Shown here: positions 1 through 12,685 of the stretch, piece after piece
Numbering within the stretch: the first letter of the stretch is position 1
Layout of the letters: every line of letters starts with the position of its first letter
Position numbers and translations under genes: made by a program
The notes under the pieces: generated by a model
Seen by the model: the letters and a program-made list of their open reading frames with translations, nothing else
Told to the model about the DNA's origin: nothing
Databases searched by the model: none
Assembly: GCF_041913985.1 (NCBI RefSeq)
Contig: NZ_JAYSEG010000007.1
Location: forward strand, 23,670-87,669
Length of the DNA stretch: 64,000 nucleotides
Reading direction: 5' to 3'
Origin: Arenimonas sp.
Lineage (GTDB): Bacteria > Pseudomonadota > Gammaproteobacteria > Xanthomonadales > Xanthomonadaceae

Positions 1-848
1 ATGGCGCGCACCGCGGCTTCGTCGGTCCATTCGATGTGGTCGGCCGAGAGGCCGCCAAACTCCGCCGCCAGCGCGGCGCCGCCGAGGTTGCTGAGCTGGT
101 CGGCGTGCAGCTTCACGGGCAGGTCGAGCGCGCGCGCGGCCTCGAACATGCGGCGGGTCTGCGCCGGCGTGAAGCCGATGCCTTCGCAGAAGGCGTCCAC
201 CGCGTCCACCAGGCCTTCGGCGTGCAGGCGCGGCAGCCATTCGCAGGCGGCGGCGATGTAGTCGTCGGGCCGGCCGGCGAATTCCGGCGGCAGCGCGTGC
301 GCGGCCAGGAACGTAGTGCGCACGGTGAGGCCGAGTTCCTCGCCGATGCGGCGCGCCACGCGCAGCATCTTGCGTTCTGAATCGAAGTCGAGCCCGTAGC
401 CGGACTTGATTTCCAGCGTGGTCACGCCGTCGGCGCGCAGGGCGCGGGCGCGCGGCAGCGAGGCCGCCAGCAGTTCGTCCTCGCTGGCCGCGCGGGTGGC
501 GCGCACCGACGAGAGGATGCCGCCGCCCTCGCGGGCGATCTGCTCGTAGCTGGCGCCCTGCAGCCGGCGCTCGAACTCCTGGGCGCGGTCGCCGGCGAAC
601 ACCAGGTGGGTGTGGCAGTCGACCAGGCCCGGCGTGATCCAGCGCCCCTCGGCCGATTCCACCCGGGCCGCCAGCGCCGCCGGTTCGCCCGGCAGTTCGC
701 CGCGCGGGCCGGCGAAGGCGATCAGCCCGTCCTTCCAGGCCAGGGCGGCGTCCTCGATGACGCCGTAGGCGCCGAGGTCGTTGCGCAGCGTGGCCAGCCG
801 CGCGTCGAGCAGCAGGCGGTCCCAGGGTGGGGCGAGTCGGCCGATCAT
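1..848 (-). CDS. hutI: Imidazolonepropionase (5' part; runs off the window edge)
   Basis: Manual minus-strand translation gives [39 protein letters not shown] and [11 protein letters not shown], typical HutI motifs. ATG at 848-846 overlaps the stop of the upstream gene (ATGA). Absent from the ORF track because it has no stop in the window. Confidence 0.93.
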   Translation of the reverse strand, partial: MIGRLAPPWDRLLLDARLATLRNDLGAYGVIEDAALAWKDGLIAFAGPRGELPGEPAALAARVESAEGRWITPGLVDCHTHLVFAGDRAQEFERRLQGASYEQIAREGGGILSSVRATRAASEDELLAASLPRARALRADGVTTLEIKSGYGLDFDSERKMLRVARRIGEELGLTVRTTFLAAHALPPEFAGRPDDYIAAACEWLPRLHAEGLVDAVDAFCEGIGFTPAQTRRMFEAARALDLPVKLHADQLSNLGGAALAAEFGGLSADHIEWTDEAAVRA

Positions 849-2005
849 CGCAGGGCCCCGGCCGCGCGCAGCGCTTCGGGGTCGAAGCCGCAGGCGCGGG
901 CGATTTCGTCGGAATGCTGGCCCAGGCGCGGCGGCGGCCGGTCGAGGCGGGCGGGGGAGGCGGAAAGCTTGAGCGGGCTGCCGACCATGGGAATGCCGTC
1001 CATTTCGATGCGCATGCCGCGGGCGGCGGCGATGGGGTGGTCGAGCGCCTGGCGCACGGTGTTGATGGGCGCCGCGGGCACGCCGGCGCGGTCGAACAGG
1101 GCCAGCCAGTGCGCGGCGTCGCGGGTGGCGAACAGCGCGGCCAGTTCGCCGCACAGCGCGTCGCGGTTTTCCACGCGGGCGGCGTTGTTGTGGAAACGCG
1201 GGTCCTGGCGCCAGTCGTCGCGGCCCAGCAGGTCGCACAGCTGCGCCCAGAGTTTTTCGCTCGCCACCGCCAGCACGAAGGCCTGGTCGCGGGCGTGGAA
1301 GGCCTGGTAGGGCACGATGCTGGCGTGGGCGTTGCCCTGCCGCGGCGCGTCGTGGCCGGTGAAGAGCGTGCTCGAGGCCACGTTCGCCAGCAGCGCCAGC
1401 TGGGTGTCGAACAGCGACACGTCGATGCGCTGGCCCAGGCCGGTGCGCCCGCGCTGCACCAGTGCGGCCAGGATGGCGGTGGCGGCGTTCTGGCCCGTGG
1501 CCAGGTCGGCCACGGCCACGCCCACCTTGTGCGGCTCGCCGTCGGCGGGGCCGGTGATGGCCATCAGGCCGGCCTCGGCCTGCACCACGTAGTCGTAGCC
1601 CGGGCGGTTCGCGCCGGGGCCGTCGCGGCCGTAGCCCGAGATCGAGCAGTACACCAGCCGCGGGTTGATCGCCGACAGCGCGTCATGGCCCATGCCCAGG
1701 GCTTCGGCGCCGCCGGTGCGGAAGTTTTCCACCAGCACGTCGGCCTTGCGCACCAGGGCTTCGAGCAGCGGCCGCGCCGCCGGCGCGCGCAGGTCCACGG
1801 CCAGCGAGCGCTTGTTGCGGTTGCAGCAGGCGAAGTAGGCCGACATGCCGTCCAGGAAGGGCGGGCCCAGGCCGCGGGTATCGTCGCCGTCGAAGGATTC
1901 AAGCTTGATCACGTCGGCGCCCAGGTCGGCCAGGGTCATGCCGCACCAGGGCCCGGCCAGGACCCGGGACAGTTCAAGCACGGTGATGCCGGAGAGCGCG
2001 CTCAT
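845..2005 (-). CDS. CaiB/BaiF family (class III) CoA-transferase
   Basis: [62 protein letters not shown]-terminal PPRLGQH; start trimmed to the ATG at 2005. Confidence 0.92.
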   Translation of the reverse strand: MSALSGITVLELSRVLAGPWCGMTLADLGADVIKLESFDGDDTRGLGPPFLDGMSAYFACCNRNKRSLAVDLRAPAARPLLEALVRKADVLVENFRTGGAEALGMGHDALSAINPRLVYCSISGYGRDGPGANRPGYDYVVQAEAGLMAITGPADGEPHKVGVAVADLATGQNAATAILAALVQRGRTGLGQRIDVSLFDTQLALLANVASSTLFTGHDAPRQGNAHASIVPYQAFHARDQAFVLAVASEKLWAQLCDLLGRDDWRQDPRFHNNAARVENRDALCGELAALFATRDAAHWLALFDRAGVPAAPINTVRQALDHPIAAARGMRIEMDGIPMVGSPLKLSASPARLDRPPPRLGQHSDEIARACGFDPEALRAAGALR

Positions 2006-2054
2006 GGCCGGGGATTGTATGCGGCCCGCCCGGCGCCATGCGAAACTCGCCCGC

Positions 2055-3336
2055 ATGCCGCCCACCCCGCTTTCCGCCTTCCCGGCCAGCCGCCGGCCCC
2101 GCGCCGACACCGACGGGCACTGGCGCGTGCCGGGCCTGCCCAACCTGCATTCGCACGCCTTCCAGCGCGCCATGGCCGGGCTGGCGGAGCGCCAGAGCCA
2201 CCCCGAGGACAGCTTCTGGACCTGGCGCGAGCTGATGTACCGCTTCGCCGGCCGGCTCGACCCGGACACACAGTACGCGGTGGCGGCCCAGCTCTACGCC
2301 GAGATGCTGGAAGCCGGCTTCACCACCGTCTGCGAATTCCACTACCTGCACCACCAGCCGGACGGCCGGCCCTACGACGATCCGTCGGCGATGTCGCAGG
2401 CGCTGATCGCCGCGGCGCGCGACACCGGCATCCGGCTCACGCTGCTGCCGGTGCTGTACATGACCGGCGGCTTCGACGGCCGGCCGCTGTCGGAGCGGCA
2501 GCGCCGCTTCGGCCATTCGCTCGACGCCTACCTGGCGCTGCTGCAGTCGCTGCGCGCGCTCGAAGGTGAAAACCTGCGCGTGGGCATCGCCCTGCACAGC
2601 CTGCGCGCCGTGCCCGCCGACGCCATGGGCGAACTGCTGGCGGCCGTGGGCGACGCGCCGCTGCCCATCCACATCCACATCGCCGAGCAGGTGGGCGAGG
2701 TGCATGACTGCGAAGCCCTGCGTGGCGCCCGCCCGGTGGAATGGTTGCTGGCCAACGCCAACGTGGACGCGCGCTGGACCCTGGTGCACGCCACCCACCT
2801 GGTGCCGGCGGAAGTGCAGGGCATCGCCGCCAGTGGCGCCACCGTGGCCATCTGCCCCACCACCGAAGCCAACCTCGGCGACGGCCTGTTCCCGCTGCGC
2901 GACTACCTCGCCGCCGGCGGCCGCTGGGGCGTGGGTTCGGACTCGCACGTGTCGGTGTCGCCGGTGGAAGAGCTGCGCTGGCTGGAGTACGGCCAGCGCC
3001 TGGCCACGCGCCACCGCAACATCGCCGTCAGCGCCGGGGTGCCCAGCACCGGCGAGCTGCTTTATTCGCAAGCGCTCGACGGCGGCCTGCGCGCCTGCTT
3101 CCAGGGCGAGGCGGCCGAAGCTGACTGGCTGCAGCTCGACGGCGACGCCGCCGCGCTGGCCGGCGCGCGCGAGGCCGACCTGATGGACCGCTTCCTGTTC
3201 GCCGGCAACCGCCCGCTGGTGCGCGAAACCTGGGTGGCCGGGCAGCGCGTGGTGGCCGGTGGCCGCCACCGCGACGCCGAGGCCATCGCCGCGCGCTACC
3301 GCCGCGCCCTGGCCTCGCTGCTCGCGGGGGACGCCC

Positions 3337-3344
<8 letters not shown>
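2055..3344 (+). CDS. hutF: Formimidoylglutamate deiminase
   Basis: PGLPNLHSHAFQRAMAGLAE, SFWTWRELMY, EFHYLHH, HSLRAV, HIHIAEQ, CPTTEANLGDG, GSDSH; start chosen at ATG 2055. Confidence 0.93.
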
Positions 3345-4917
<1,573 letters not shown>

Positions 4918-4971
4918 GCCGCCCCGACAGGGGGTCGGCTTATACTGGGCGCCTGCCTTTGGGAGCCCGTT

Positions 4972-6663
4972 ATGCCCGCCAGCCGCAAAGACCCGTCCCG
5001 CCGCATCGCCGCCCCGCGCGGCAGCCAGCTCAGCTGCCAGTCCTGGCTCACCGAAGCCGCCTACCGGATGATCCAGAACAACCTGGACCCCGGCGTGGCC
5101 GAGAACCCGGCCGAACTGGTGGTGTACGGCGGCATCGGCCGCGCCGCGCGCGACTGGGAGTGCTACGACAGGATCCTGGAAACCCTGCGCACCCTGCGCG
5201 ACGACCAGACCCTGCTGGTGCAGTCCGGCAAGCCGGTGGGCGTGTTCCCCACGCATCCCGACGCGCCGCGCGTGCTGATCGCCAACTCGAACCTGGTGCC
5301 GCACTGGGCCACCTGGGAGCACTTCCACGAGCTCGATGCCAAGGGCCTGATGATGTACGGCCAGATGACGGCCGGCAGCTGGATCTACATCGGCACCCAG
5401 GGCATCGTGCAGGGCACCTACGAGACCTTCGCCGAAGCCGGGCGCCAGCACTACGGCGGCGCGAATGGTGAGGGATGGGCCGGCCGCTGGATCCTCACCG
5501 CCGGCCTGGGCGGCATGGGCGGCGCGCAGCCGCTGGCGGCCTCGCTGGCCGGCGCCTGCTCGCTCACCATCGAATGCCAGCAGTCGCGCATCGACATGCG
5601 CCTGCGCACGCGCTACGTGGACGAGCAGGCGAAGGACCTCGACGACGCCCTGGCGCGCATCGAGAAGTACACCTCGGAAGGCAAGGCCGTCTCGATCGCG
5701 CTGCTGGGCAACGCCGCCGAGATCCTGCCCGAGCTCGTGCGCCGCGGCGTGCGCCCCGACGCCGTCACCGACCAGACCAGCGCCCACGACCCGCTGCACG
5801 GCTACCTGCCGGCCGGCTGGACGCTGGAGGAGTGGTTCAGCGAGCAGAAGAACAACCCCGAGAAGGTCATCAACGCGGCCAAGCACTCGATGCGCATCCA
5901 CGTCGAGGCCATGCTGAACTTCGAGGACATGGGCGTGCCCACCTTCGACTACGGCAACAACATCAGGCAGATGGCCTTCGACGTCGGCTGCGAGGATGCC
6001 TTCGACTTCCCGGGCTTCGTACCGGCCTACGTGCGGCCGCTGTTCTGCCGCGGCATCGGTCCCTTCCGCTGGGTCGCGCTCAGCGGCGACCCGGAGGACA
6101 TCTACAAGACCGACGCCAAGGTGAAGGAACTCATCCCCGACAACCCGCACCTGCACCGCTGGCTGGACATGGCGCGCGAGCGCATTTCCTTCCAGGGACT
6201 GCCGGCGCGCATCTGCTGGGTGGGCCTGGGCGACCGCCACCGGCTGGCGCTGGCCTTCAATGAAATGGTGCGCAACGGCGAAGTGAGCGCGCCCATCGTG
6301 ATCGGCCGCGACCACCTCGATTCCGGCTCCGTCGCCAGCCCGAACCGCGAAACCGAGGCCATGCTCGACGGGTCCGACGCCGTGTCCGACTGGCCGCTGC
6401 TCAACGCCATGCTCAACGTCGCCGGCGGCGCCACCTGGGTGTCGCTGCACCACGGCGGCGGCGTGGGCATGGGCTACAGCCAGCACAGCGGCGTGGTGAT
6501 CGTGGCCGACGGCACCGACGCCGCCGCCGCCCGCCTGGGCCGCGTGCTCTGGAACGACCCCGGCACCGGCGTCATGCGCCACGCCGACGCCGGCTACGAC
6601 ATCGCCCAGGCCTGCGCCCGCGAGAAGGGCCTGCAGCTGCCCATGCTGGACAGCGGCCGGTGA
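4972..6663 (+). CDS. hutU: Urocanate hydratase
   Basis: [77 protein letters not shown]. Confidence 0.98.
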   Translation: MPASRKDPSRRIAAPRGSQLSCQSWLTEAAYRMIQNNLDPGVAENPAELVVYGGIGRAARDWECYDRILETLRTLRDDQTLLVQSGKPVGVFPTHPDAPRVLIANSNLVPHWATWEHFHELDAKGLMMYGQMTAGSWIYIGTQGIVQGTYETFAEAGRQHYGGANGEGWAGRWILTAGLGGMGGAQPLAASLAGACSLTIECQQSRIDMRLRTRYVDEQAKDLDDALARIEKYTSEGKAVSIALLGNAAEILPELVRRGVRPDAVTDQTSAHDPLHGYLPAGWTLEEWFSEQKNNPEKVINAAKHSMRIHVEAMLNFEDMGVPTFDYGNNIRQMAFDVGCEDAFDFPGFVPAYVRPLFCRGIGPFRWVALSGDPEDIYKTDAKVKELIPDNPHLHRWLDMARERISFQGLPARICWVGLGDRHRLALAFNEMVRNGEVSAPIVIGRDHLDSGSVASPNRETEAMLDGSDAVSDWPLLNAMLNVAGGATWVSLHHGGGVGMGYSQHSGVVIVADGTDAAAARLGRVLWNDPGTGVMRHADAGYDIAQACAREKGLQLPMLDSGR

Positions 6664-7442
6664 TCGCCGCGCTGCTGGCGGCGGCGCTGGCGGTGTCCGG
6701 CGCGTCGGCGGAAAAGGCCAGTGCCGGCCCGGAAGCCGGGGCGTGCCCGGCGCCGGTCAGGATCCAGCCGCGTTATCCCGTGAAGCTGGCGCGCGCGAAC
6801 AAGACCGGAACCGTGCTGGTCGGCGCGCGCTTCGACGACTGCGGGCGGGTCATCGAGACCCGCGTGGACGAAAGCTCCGGCGAGCCGCTCTTCGACGCCG
6901 CCGCGCGCGAATCCGTGGCCCGCTACGTCCTGTCCGAAGCGCAGCGTGCGAAGGCCCTCGACGGCTGGGTGCAGGCGCCGGTGAAGTTCGGCGGCTTCCG
7001 CGACGTGGTGCCGCGCGACGTTCCCTGGCCGCGTTCGCACCGCAAGCCGCGCTACCTGCCTGACGACCAGGCGGTCGGCTTCGACGACATCGCCGCGTTC
7101 AAGGCGGCACCCCGGGGCGACACCAGTCATTTCTATCGCGAGCCTTACGGGATGGTGCAAGCCAACACGGGCGAAGTGTTCCGCACCGTGATGGCGCCCG
7201 ACAAGGCAGACCCCTCGGTGTTCTGGCTCGAATACCTCATCCAGCCCGCGCCGCCGGCGTCGCCGGTCGAGCCTGCCGCACGCACCATCACGGCCGCCAT
7301 CGCCCGCTACCGCCTGGTCGAAGAGGGCGGCGAGCCCGTCGTCCGTCTCGGCATCCTGTGCGAGCGGCCGGCCGACGAATGCCAGAAGCTGCGCGACTTC
7401 CTTTTCCAGGGCCTGCCGTTCGCCAAGCCGCGCCGCCGCTGA
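6660..7442 (+). CDS. Exported protein with a TonB C-terminal-like domain and an unknown C-terminal domain
   Basis: Signal-like N-terminus; [29 protein letters not shown]...VDESSG..LFDAAA resembles TonB_C; GTG start overlaps the hutU stop. Confidence 0.7.
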   Translation: MIAALLAAALAVSGASAEKASAGPEAGACPAPVRIQPRYPVKLARANKTGTVLVGARFDDCGRVIETRVDESSGEPLFDAAARESVARYVLSEAQRAKALDGWVQAPVKFGGFRDVVPRDVPWPRSHRKPRYLPDDQAVGFDDIAAFKAAPRGDTSHFYREPYGMVQANTGEVFRTVMAPDKADPSVFWLEYLIQPAPPASPVEPAARTITAAIARYRLVEEGGEPVVRLGILCERPADECQKLRDFLFQGLPFAKPRRR

Positions 7443-7535
7443 GCCGGGCCGAATCCGACAGGCGCGGCGGAGGCCCCACTGGCGAAGCTTCCGGCAAGCC
7501 ACGATGATGGAGTCCACTTCACCGGAGCCCACCCC

Positions 7536-7907
7536 ATGATCGGTTACGTCACCCTCGGCACCAACGACATGGCGCGCGCCTGCGCCTTCTACGACGCCCT
7601 GCTGGGCGAACTTGGCGCGAAGCGCATCATGGAGGGCGAGCGCTTCGTCGCCTGGGGCACCGGCCCGCAGTCGCCCAGCCTGGGCGTGATCAAGCCCTTC
7701 GACGGCAAGGAAGCCTGCCGCGGCAATGGCACCATGGTGTCGCTGGTGGTGAAGAGCCCGGCCCAGGTGGACGCCATGCACGCGAAGGCGCTGGCCCTGG
7801 GCGGCACCGACGAGGGCGCGCCGGGCGAACGCTTCAAGGGCTTCTACGCCGGCTACTTCCGCGACATCGACGGCAACAAGCTCAACTTCTTCTGCATGGG
7901 CCACTGA
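7536..7907 (+). CDS. VOC/glyoxalase family protein
   Basis: MIGYVTLGTND..RA..FYD and GYFRDIDGNKL pattern. Confidence 0.88.
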   Translation: MIGYVTLGTNDMARACAFYDALLGELGAKRIMEGERFVAWGTGPQSPSLGVIKPFDGKEACRGNGTMVSLVVKSPAQVDAMHAKALALGGTDEGAPGERFKGFYAGYFRDIDGNKLNFFCMGH

Positions 7908-7917
7908 GCCCCGGGAC

Positions 7918-9600
7918 ATGCTCTGGGAAACCCTCAGCGCCGCGCGTGACCTGGGCCGCCTGCACGAGGTGGCCTCGGTGCTGGTGCGCTACGGGTTCGG
8001 CGACGTGGTGCGGCGCGTGGGCCTGGCCGGCGCGCTCGAACGCGCCGGCCGGCTGCTGCACAAGGACCACGTGGCCGAGCTGGCCACGCTGCCGCCGCCC
8101 GAGCGCGTGCGCCGCGCGCTGGAGGAAATGGGCCCGAGCTTCGTGAAGCTGGGCCAGCTGCTGGCCACCCGCGTCGACCTGTTCGCGCCCGAGTGGATCG
8201 CCGAATTCGAGAAGCTGCAGAACCAGGTGCCGCCGGTGGCCTTCGAGGCCATCCGCGCCCAGGTCGAGGAAGACCTCGGCGGCGCCATCGGCACCGTGTT
8301 CGCGGGTTTCGACCCGGAGCCCATCGCCGCCGCGTCCATCGCCCAGGTGCACCGCGCCGTGCTGCTCGACGGCAGCGAGGTGGCGGTGAAGGTGCGCCGC
8401 CCCGGCATCCGCCCGCTGGTGGAGGCCGACATGCGCCTGCTGCAGCGGCTGGCGCGCATCGTCGAAAGCGAATCGCCCGACCTGGCGCGTTACCAGCCGC
8501 GCGCGCTGGTGCGGCAGTTGCAGGCCTCGCTCTCGCGCGAGCTCGACCTGGCCGCGGAGTGCCGGCACGCCGAGCGCATCGCCGCCAACTTCGCCGGTGA
8601 GCCGGCGCTGGTGGTGCCGCGCGTGCACTGGCCCGCCACCAGCGAGCGCATGAACGTGCAGGAGTTCATTTCCGGCGTGCCGCTGGGCGACACCGGCGCG
8701 CTGCTGGGCGCCGGCGCCGACCTGGTGCGGGTGGCGCGGTTGGGCGCGCGCATCGAGATGAAAATGCTGTTCGAGGACGGTTTCTTCCACGCCGACCCGC
8801 ACCCGGGCAACGTGTTCTGGCTGCCCGGCAACCGCCTGGCGCTGCTCGACTACGGCATGGTCGGCCGCCTGTCCCCGGCGCGCCGCGGCCAGGTGGTGGA
8901 CCTGTTCGACGGCCTGGTGCGCCGCGACGCCGCCCAGGTGGGCGAGGTGCTGCTGGAGTGGTCGGCCGACGAACGCGTGGACGAAAGCGCGCTGTTCGAG
9001 GAAGTGGAGCAGTTCATCGACCACTACCACGGCGTGCCGCTGAAGGAGCTGCACCTGGGCGCCATGCTCGCCGAGATCACCGCGCTGCTGCGCGAGCACC
9101 GCGTCATGCTGCCGCCCGACCTGGCCATGATGGTGAAGGTGCTGGTGACGCTGGAAGGCGTGGGCCGCCGGCTCGACCCCGATTTCGACATGGCCGGCGA
9201 AGCCGCGCCCTTCCTGCGCCGGGTGATGCTGGCGCGTTACGCGCCACGCGCGCTGGCCCACCGCGGCCGGCGCGCCGTGGGCGACACCGTGGGCCTGCTG
9301 GCGTCGCTGCCGGCCCAGCTGCGCCAGGGCCTGCGCGCGCTGCGCCGTGGCCGCGTCAACATCAACCTCGACGTCGAGCGCCTGCAGCGTTTCGGCGAGC
9401 AGGTGGACCATTCCGCCAACCGGCTCACCGTGGGCATCGTCGTCGCCGCGCTGATCGTCGGCTCCTCGATCGTGATGACGGTGGAAGGCGGGCCCACGCT
9501 GCTGGGCCTGCCGCTGTTCGGCCTGCTGGGTTTCCTGGGCGCGGTGGCCGGCAGCCTATGGCTGCTGTGGACCATCTGGCGCAGCGGCGGCGGCCGCTAG
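7918..9600 (+). CDS. ABC1/UbiB (AarF) family atypical kinase
   Basis: GPSFVKLGQ, AAASIAQVHRA, VAVKVRRPG, FFHADPHPGN, LLDYGMVG, C-terminal transmembrane helices. Confidence 0.9.
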   Translation: MLWETLSAARDLGRLHEVASVLVRYGFGDVVRRVGLAGALERAGRLLHKDHVAELATLPPPERVRRALEEMGPSFVKLGQLLATRVDLFAPEWIAEFEKLQNQVPPVAFEAIRAQVEEDLGGAIGTVFAGFDPEPIAAASIAQVHRAVLLDGSEVAVKVRRPGIRPLVEADMRLLQRLARIVESESPDLARYQPRALVRQLQASLSRELDLAAECRHAERIAANFAGEPALVVPRVHWPATSERMNVQEFISGVPLGDTGALLGAGADLVRVARLGARIEMKMLFEDGFFHADPHPGNVFWLPGNRLALLDYGMVGRLSPARRGQVVDLFDGLVRRDAAQVGEVLLEWSADERVDESALFEEVEQFIDHYHGVPLKELHLGAMLAEITALLREHRVMLPPDLAMMVKVLVTLEGVGRRLDPDFDMAGEAAPFLRRVMLARYAPRALAHRGRRAVGDTVGLLASLPAQLRQGLRALRRGRVNINLDVERLQRFGEQVDHSANRLTVGIVVAALIVGSSIVMTVEGGPTLLGLPLFGLLGFLGAVAGSLWLLWTIWRSGGGR

Positions 9601-9603
9601 GGT

Positions 9604-9825
9604 TCAGCCTGCGGCGACCACGCGGATTTCGACATCGCCCAGCCGCACCACCTGGCCGGCGCGGATCTTCGCCGTCTTGCGCAGCTCCAGTTCGCCGTCC
9701 ACGCTCACTTCGCCCGCGGCCACCAGGGCCTTGCCCATGCCGCCGCTGTCGCAGACGCCGGCCAGCTTGAGCAGGTCGTTGAGCGCGACGAACTCGCGGT
9801 CGAGTTCGAATTCAATGCGGTTCAT
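9604..9825 (-). CDS. S4-domain RNA-binding protein (YbcJ/YaaA-like)
   Basis: LNDLLKLAG...SGG.GK...[18 protein letters not shown]. Confidence 0.85.
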   Translation of the reverse strand: MNRIEFELDREFVALNDLLKLAGVCDSGGMGKALVAAGEVSVDGELELRKTAKIRAGQVVRLGDVEIRVVAAG

Positions 9826-10298
9826 GGCGTTTCCTGGGAAGGTTCGGGCGGGCGCGGCTGCTTCGCCAGCCAGCGGTCGAGGGCGTTGCCGAAGGCCTGG
9901 CGGTCGCGCGCGTGGAAGCCGCCGGGGCCGCCGGTGTCCACGCCGGCGCCGCGCAGTTCGTCCATGAAATTGCGCATGGACAGGCGCTGGGCGATGGAGT
10001 CGGGGGTGTAGAGCTCGCCGCGCGGGTTCAGCGCCAGCGCACCTTTTTCCAGCACCAGCGCGGCCAGCGGGATGTCGGCGGTGACCACCAGGTCGCCCGG
10101 GCCGCAGCGGCGCACGATTTCGCTGTCGGCCACGTCCAGCCCGGCGGGCACCTGCACCGAGCGGATGTAGCGCGAGAACGGCGTGCGCACCCAGCTGTTG
10201 GCCACCAGGGTCACCGGCACGCGCGTGCGCTCCGCGGCGCGGAACAGGATGTCCTTGACCACGTTGGGGCAGGCGTCGGCGTCGACCCAGATGTGCAT
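9822..10298 (-). CDS. YaiI/YqxD (UPF0178) family protein
   Basis: [29 protein letters not shown]; start trimmed to ATG 10298. Confidence 0.9.
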   Translation of the reverse strand: MHIWVDADACPNVVKDILFRAAERTRVPVTLVANSWVRTPFSRYIRSVQVPAGLDVADSEIVRRCGPGDLVVTADIPLAALVLEKGALALNPRGELYTPDSIAQRLSMRNFMDELRGAGVDTGGPGGFHARDRQAFGNALDRWLAKQPRPPEPSQETP

Positions 10299-10341
10299 CG
10301 GCGGGCTTCGGAGGAAGGGCGGGCAGGATAACGCGCCGGGC

Positions 10342-11238
10342 TCAGGGTCCGAAGCGCGCCACGTCGGCCAGCAGCCAGTCGACGAAGGCGCGCGCGGGTG
10401 GCGCCAGCCGGCGATGCGCCGGGTAGATGACCCAGTATTGCCAGCGTGCCGGCATCGGCGGCAGCGGCAGCCGGCGCAGGCGGCCGTCGACCAGGAACGG
10501 GGCCAGGATGCGCTCGCGCGCCAGCGCCACGCCCAGGCCCAGGGCCGCCGCCAGGTGCGCGTCGGTGCTGTCGGCGAACTGCAGGCGCTCCGGCGGCAGC
10601 GCGGCGGTGACGCCAGCGGCGCGGAACCAGTCGGGCCAGCCATGGCGGGCCTTGTCGGCGATCAGCGGCAGCCTCAGCAGGTCGGCCGGTTCGCGCACGG
10701 CGTCGATCCCGGGCAGGGCGGGCGAGGCGACCGGCACCAGGGTGTCGTCCATCAGCGGGATCGCCGCCAGGCCGGGCCAGTCGCCGGGGCCGTGGCGGAT
10801 GCCCAGGTCCGGCCCGCCCTCGTCGAAGCGCGCCAGCGCCAGTTCGGTGTCGAAGGCCAGGCCGATGCCGGGGTTGGCCTCCAGGAAACGCGGCAGCCGC
10901 GGCAGCAGCCAGGTGTGCGCCAGCGAATGCAGGGTGGTGATGCGCACGCGCGGCGCCTGGTCGCGGCTGGCGCGCAGCGCGCGCAGGGTGCCGTCGAGTT
11001 CGGCCAGCGAATTGCCGGCCGCGTCGGCGAGCTGGCGGCCTTCGGCGGTGAGGCTGACGCCGCGCGCATGGCGCTGGAACAGCGCCACGCCCAGCCGGGC
11101 CTCGAGCTTGCGCACGTGGTGGCTCACCGCGCTCGCGGTCAGGTGCAGCTCTTCGGCGGCGTGGGCGAAATTCTGGTGCCGGGCCGCCGATTCGAAGGCC
11201 GCCAGGGCCGGCAGCCAGTCCGAACGCAGGGTTGCCAT
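10342..11238 (-). CDS. LysR-family transcriptional regulator (GcvA-like)
   Basis: [38 protein letters not shown]; divergent from a DMT exporter. Confidence 0.92.
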   Translation of the reverse strand: MATLRSDWLPALAAFESAARHQNFAHAAEELHLTASAVSHHVRKLEARLGVALFQRHARGVSLTAEGRQLADAAGNSLAELDGTLRALRASRDQAPRVRITTLHSLAHTWLLPRLPRFLEANPGIGLAFDTELALARFDEGGPDLGIRHGPGDWPGLAAIPLMDDTLVPVASPALPGIDAVREPADLLRLPLIADKARHGWPDWFRAAGVTAALPPERLQFADSTDAHLAAALGLGVALARERILAPFLVDGRLRRLPLPPMPARWQYWVIYPAHRRLAPPARAFVDWLLADVARFGP

Positions 11239-11334
11239 ATGCATGAGCAGGATTTGTGGCTTGCGAGGAAAGTACTCGCTTGTGTGGCTCTTGTCGCGGC
11301 CCATAATCACGTCCAGCCACGCGCCAGGTTTGCC

Positions 11335-12231
11335 ATGAAGAATCCCGCCCCGACCCCCGCCTCCGTCCTGCCCGCCGGCGTGCCGGCCTGGCTGACGCCG
11401 CTTGAACTGGGCCTGCTGGCCGGCGTCTGGGGCGCCTCCTTCCTGTTCCAGCGCGTGGCCGCGCCCGAGTTCGGCGCCGCGCCGCTGGTGGAGTTGCGGC
11501 TGGCCTTCGGCGCGCTGGTGCTGCTGCCCTTCCTCTGGCTGGCGCGGGCGAAGCTGCCGTGGCGGCTGTGGCCGCGGCTGGCGCTGGTGTCGGCCATCAA
11601 CACCGCGGTGCCCTTCACCCTGTTCGCCTGGGGCGCCCAGCGCGCGCCGGCGGGCGTGGGCGCCATCACCAACGCCATGGCGGTGCTGTTCACGGCGCTG
11701 GTGGCCTTCCTGTTCTTCCGCGAGCGCATCGCGCTGCGCAAGTGGATCGCGCTGGCGGTGGGTTTCCTGGGCGTGGTGGTGCTGGCCAGCGACAAGACCG
11801 GCGGCGGCGACATCGGCCCCGCGGCAGCCGCCGGCACCTTCGCGGCCTTCCTGTATGGCATCGGCGCCAACCTGGTGCCGCGCTGGTTCGCCGGCCTGCC
11901 GCCGGTGGCGGTGGCCGCGGCCACGCTGGTTTGCGCCTCGCTGCTGACGCTGCCGTTCGCGCTGGCCCAGTGGCCGGCGCAGCCCATTTCGGCGCCGGCC
12001 TGGGGTTCGGCGGTGGCGGTGGGCGTGCTCAGCACCGGCTGGGCGTACGCCATGTACTACAGGCTGATTTCGCGCGTGGGCGCGGCGCGCGCGGTGACGG
12101 TGACCTACCTGGTGCCGCTGGCCGCCGTGGCCTGGGCCTGGGGCCTGCTGGGCGAAGCGCTCACCTGGCCCATGGGCATCGCCTGCGGCCTGATCCTGGG
12201 CAGCGTGGCCATCAGCCAGCGCAGCCGCTGA
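11335..12231 (+). CDS. DMT/EamA family transporter
   Basis: WGASFLF, about 10 hydrophobic segments, VTYLVP..A..W...LLGE. Confidence 0.88.
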   Translation: MKNPAPTPASVLPAGVPAWLTPLELGLLAGVWGASFLFQRVAAPEFGAAPLVELRLAFGALVLLPFLWLARAKLPWRLWPRLALVSAINTAVPFTLFAWGAQRAPAGVGAITNAMAVLFTALVAFLFFRERIALRKWIALAVGFLGVVVLASDKTGGGDIGPAAAAGTFAAFLYGIGANLVPRWFAGLPPVAVAAATLVCASLLTLPFALAQWPAQPISAPAWGSAVAVGVLSTGWAYAMYYRLISRVGAARAVTVTYLVPLAAVAWAWGLLGEALTWPMGIACGLILGSVAISQRSR

Positions 12232-12267
12232 GGGCAAGCCGCGCCCGGCGCGCGGCAAGGAAGGCGT

Positions 12268-12611
12268 CGGCATTCGTCCGGCGCCGGCCCCACCGCGAAG
12301 GCGAGGGTCGCTTCCTGCTCGGTGAAGCCTTTATCTCGCAGGAAGCGACCCTCGCCTTCACGGCGCGTCCGGTACGGGGCGCCCGGTTGGCTGGACGAAA
12401 GGCCCGTGTCTGCCCGCTCCGATGCTTGCGCATCACGCTCGGGGGCCAAGACGGCACATTTTTCTTGCTGATCAGGTTGGGCTAACTCGGTTCAGGCGCG
12501 AACCACAGCGCGCCTCGTCGTTCGCGTCCCTCCGGACGCGGGGTGTGGCTGCTTCGCCAGCGCGGAAGACGGCCAGTGCGAACCGGCTCGCCGCCCGGCG
12601 GCGGGTGTGGG
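12268..12611. ncRNA. Putative structured non-coding element, copy A
   Basis: Perfect 22-bp stem 12297-12318/12338-12359 plus smaller hairpins; colinear homology to the reverse complement of 12686-13027; no credible ORF; active strand unresolved. Confidence 0.6.
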
Positions 12612-12685
12612 TTCGCGGCGGGCACACCGAAGCCTCCGGCATCTGAGCAGACTATCCGGGTTGGCGACGAGCCCTTCGCCTCAGC

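Noticed and set aside
2006-2054. HutC operator between the CoA-transferase and hutF
   Set aside because: Only a TTGTAT half-site is present; the palindromic TACA half is missing
12452-12469. sigma54-like CGGCACATTTTTCTTGCT in copy A
   Set aside because: GG-to-GC spacing is 12 rather than 10, and it is not preserved in copy B
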